Below, piece by piece: positions 62,016 through 64,000 of a DNA stretch of 64,000 nucleotides. Under the pieces are notes generated by a model. The model worked only from the letters and a program-made list of their open reading frames with translations, had not been told where the DNA came from and ran no database searches. The position numbers and the translations under genes are program-made. How positions within the stretch are numbered: the first letter of the stretch is position 1; every line of letters begins with the position of its first letter. The DNA is taken from the IMG/VR virus record IMGVR_UViG_3300045988_148972. One strand, written 5' to 3'. The DNA comes from a virus.

Positions 62016-63590
62016 ATGGCAACAAGAGCATTTCACGAAATCATGTCTACGCGATTCTGGGACTTTTACCCGGAGTCTCTGCATGCTTACCGGAGAACGA
62101 TTCTTGACAACATTGCCTCACACCGTCCTTACGAGAAACCGGACGAGCGGACCGACAGACCTTACTTCCTTTCTTCGCGCGACGGGTTTACGGAGAAAAC
62201 CTACGTGGGTAATTACGACCGCATAACCTACTGGTACGATTTGGAAGAAGACGACCGCATCATTTCGGTTATCGACGTACAGGGCCCCATTCTTCGTAAT
62301 GGCGACCTGTGTTCCTACGGAAGCAAGGAACACAAGGACATCATCATGCGTGCTTCTGACGATGCGCATACCATCGGATTTATTATCGAGATGGACAGCC
62401 CGGGCGGTAGCAGCATGGCGAAGTACGATTACGAGATGGCCCTGAACTACGCCCGCTCAAAAGGAAAGAAGATTGTGGGTCACATCGACGGGATGGCCTG
62501 CAGTGCCGGTTATGCGCTGATGGCCCTGTGCGACGAAGTGTATTTCACCAATCCGCACGACACGGTGGGATGTATCGGTACCATGTGCGCGATGCTCACT
62601 AACAAGGACGGCGATGTGAACACCGTGACGCAGGAACGGTACGCCGAGATTTACGCCGACGGATCTCCTTATAAGAACAAGGAACACCGCGACGCGGCCG
62701 AGGGAAACTACGACGGCATCAAGGAAGAGCTGAACCGGCTTTGCGCCGATTTTCAGCAGATGGTACGCGAGCGCCGTCCCAGAGTGACGGACGACCAGCT
62801 GACCGGAAAAACTTTCGATGCGGGCGATGTGGTGGGTACCATGGTCGACGGTCAGGGTGACTTCAAGTTCTGCGTGAACCGCGTGCAGCAGCTGGCCGGA
62901 GTGAGTCAGAGTCAGAAAGGAAATTCGTCCGGAGCCTCACGTGAAGACAGAAAATCGGCAGGAATCAAGGAAGAAAAGCAGCCGGGAACACAGGAACAGG
63001 CTTCTGTGGAGCAGCCGGCATCAGATAAAACAGAATCACAAACTCAAAAACAAGCAACTATGGCAAAAAGCTATCCATTTATTCAGTCGGCTGCAAAGGT
63101 AAACTCCCTGGTAGTCGAAGAAAACGGCGGTTTCTACATGGTGGAAACCATGGCGGACAATGTAGAAGAGTTCGTCATGAAAGCCAAACAGACGGAATCT
63201 ACGCTGGCTGCAAAACTCACGGAAGTAGAACAGCTTAACGCAACCATCGAACAGATGAAGAAAGACCATGCGGAAGCACTGGCCAACCTGAAAGCGGAAC
63301 ACGAAAAAGAGGTTTCTTCATTGAAGGACGCTCATAAGAAGGAATCGGAAGAACTGACAGCGAAGCTGAATGAAGCTCAGAAGAACATCGAACAGAAGGA
63401 TGCGGAAATCAAGGAGCTGAGCGAAACGGCACAGCTGGAACCTACTCCGCAGGACCCGCCGAAAGACAACAACGGAGGTCAGGAAAGCGGACAGTTCCAT
63501 GTGCAGAGCGTATCCGGTGAAAACATGAGCTGGGCCGAAAAAGCTGAAGCCCGCCGCAAGCGTGATGCTGAAATCAGCAAAGCACGATAA
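62016..63590 (+). CDS. S49 (SppA/ClpP-fold) prohead protease fused to a scaffold-like coiled-coil C-terminus
   Basis: IIEMDSPGGS and GMACSAGYALMALCDEVYF...GCIG match S49 peptidase blocks. The C-terminal 200 aa are K/E-rich coiled coil. Confidence 0.75.
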   Translation: MATRAFHEIMSTRFWDFYPESLHAYRRTILDNIASHRPYEKPDERTDRPYFLSSRDGFTEKTYVGNYDRITYWYDLEEDDRIISVIDVQGPILRNGDLCSYGSKEHKDIIMRASDDAHTIGFIIEMDSPGGSSMAKYDYEMALNYARSKGKKIVGHIDGMACSAGYALMALCDEVYFTNPHDTVGCIGTMCAMLTNKDGDVNTVTQERYAEIYADGSPYKNKEHRDAAEGNYDGIKEELNRLCADFQQMVRERRPRVTDDQLTGKTFDAGDVVGTMVDGQGDFKFCVNRVQQLAGVSQSQKGNSSGASREDRKSAGIKEEKQPGTQEQASVEQPASDKTESQTQKQATMAKSYPFIQSAAKVNSLVVEENGGFYMVETMADNVEEFVMKAKQTESTLAAKLTEVEQLNATIEQMKKDHAEALANLKAEHEKEVSSLKDAHKKESEELTAKLNEAQKNIEQKDAEIKELSETAQLEPTPQDPPKDNNGGQESGQFHVQSVSGENMSWAEKAEARRKRDAEISKAR

Positions 63591-63633
63591 GAGATAAGAA
63601 CACGACACAAAAACTAAACCAGACACAAACAAT

Positions 63634-64000
63634 ATGGCTACAAAGTTATACGCACTCAGTGAAGAGAATGTATCGCATGTAAAAGACATTCTTGCTCCGG
63701 ACATCATCGAAAGCCCGGTTCTCGATAACATGGCAGTGTTCAACAAACTTCGCATCAAGGTTATCGAAGATATTGAATACGCACAGACTCAAATCATTTT
63801 CCGTCGTAAGGGTGGTGAAGCCCGCCGTTACAAGGAAGGTTCTACGCTGAAGTCAACCCTTGGTTTCATGGACGAAAGCAAACTGGTGATGAACCAGATT
63901 TGGTCACGTTACTACGAAAATCTTCAGAACTTCCGCGAAAAACAGCCGTTCAGCATCCTGGGTTCAAACGGAACCTACAATGCACCGGTTACAGAATTTA
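63634..64000 (+). CDS. Major capsid protein candidate, N-terminal 122 codons (runs off the right edge)
   Basis: Not in the ORF track because it has no stop in the window. The ATG at 63634 follows a CA-rich leader, and the frame stays open to 64000 (MATKLYALSEENVSHVKDIL...). It sits directly after the protease-scaffold gene. Confidence 0.55.
   Translation, partial: MATKLYALSEENVSHVKDILAPDIIESPVLDNMAVFNKLRIKVIEDIEYAQTQIIFRRKGGEARRYKEGSTLKSTLGFMDESKLVMNQIWSRYYENLQNFREKQPFSILGSNGTYNAPVTEF

Noticed and set aside
1-64000. tRNA, rRNA, integrase, terminase and a second VR for the DGR
   Set aside because: Visual scanning of the intergenic regions and ORF translations found none. The WSCVRN/VVPAS signature occurs only in the target and the TR. 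tRNAscan-SE/Infernal and profile searches would be needed to exclude them formally.

Overview
This window looks like part of a large tailed dsDNA phage, possibly a phage-plasmid, from a Bacteroidota-type host. The host call rests on canonical TTTG / TAnnTTTG promoters, the absence of Shine-Dalgarno sites, and A/CA-rich leaders. Layout, left to right: (1) a partial parA on the minus strand plus an iteron-like array (1-720); (2) a small promoter/terminator unit (743-1059); (3) the portal gene (1381-3114); (4) a leftward block of about 24 small early genes, many Cys-rich or zinc-binding and several paralogous (3305-12794); (5) a rightward virion/lysis block (12946-44993). Block 5 holds a 1905-aa fibre protein, tail-fibre genes, a complete diversity-generating retroelement (target with VR, avd, TR, RT; 23760-27085), an amidase endolysin and a 2274-aa tape measure protein. 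Next come a minus-strand regulator with four HTH modules (44982-46268) and a rightward regulatory/replication block (46405-59398). That block holds a LuxR-type regulator, a primase-helicase and a MazG-like enzyme. It is followed by a 1-kb non-coding hub (59399-60447) and a head block with an S49 protease-scaffold and the start of the capsid gene. Virion and lysis operons are preceded by a repeated non-canonical promoter cassette. I saw no rRNA, tRNA, CRISPR array, integrase or terminase. All function calls come from motif recognition by eye; no searches were run.
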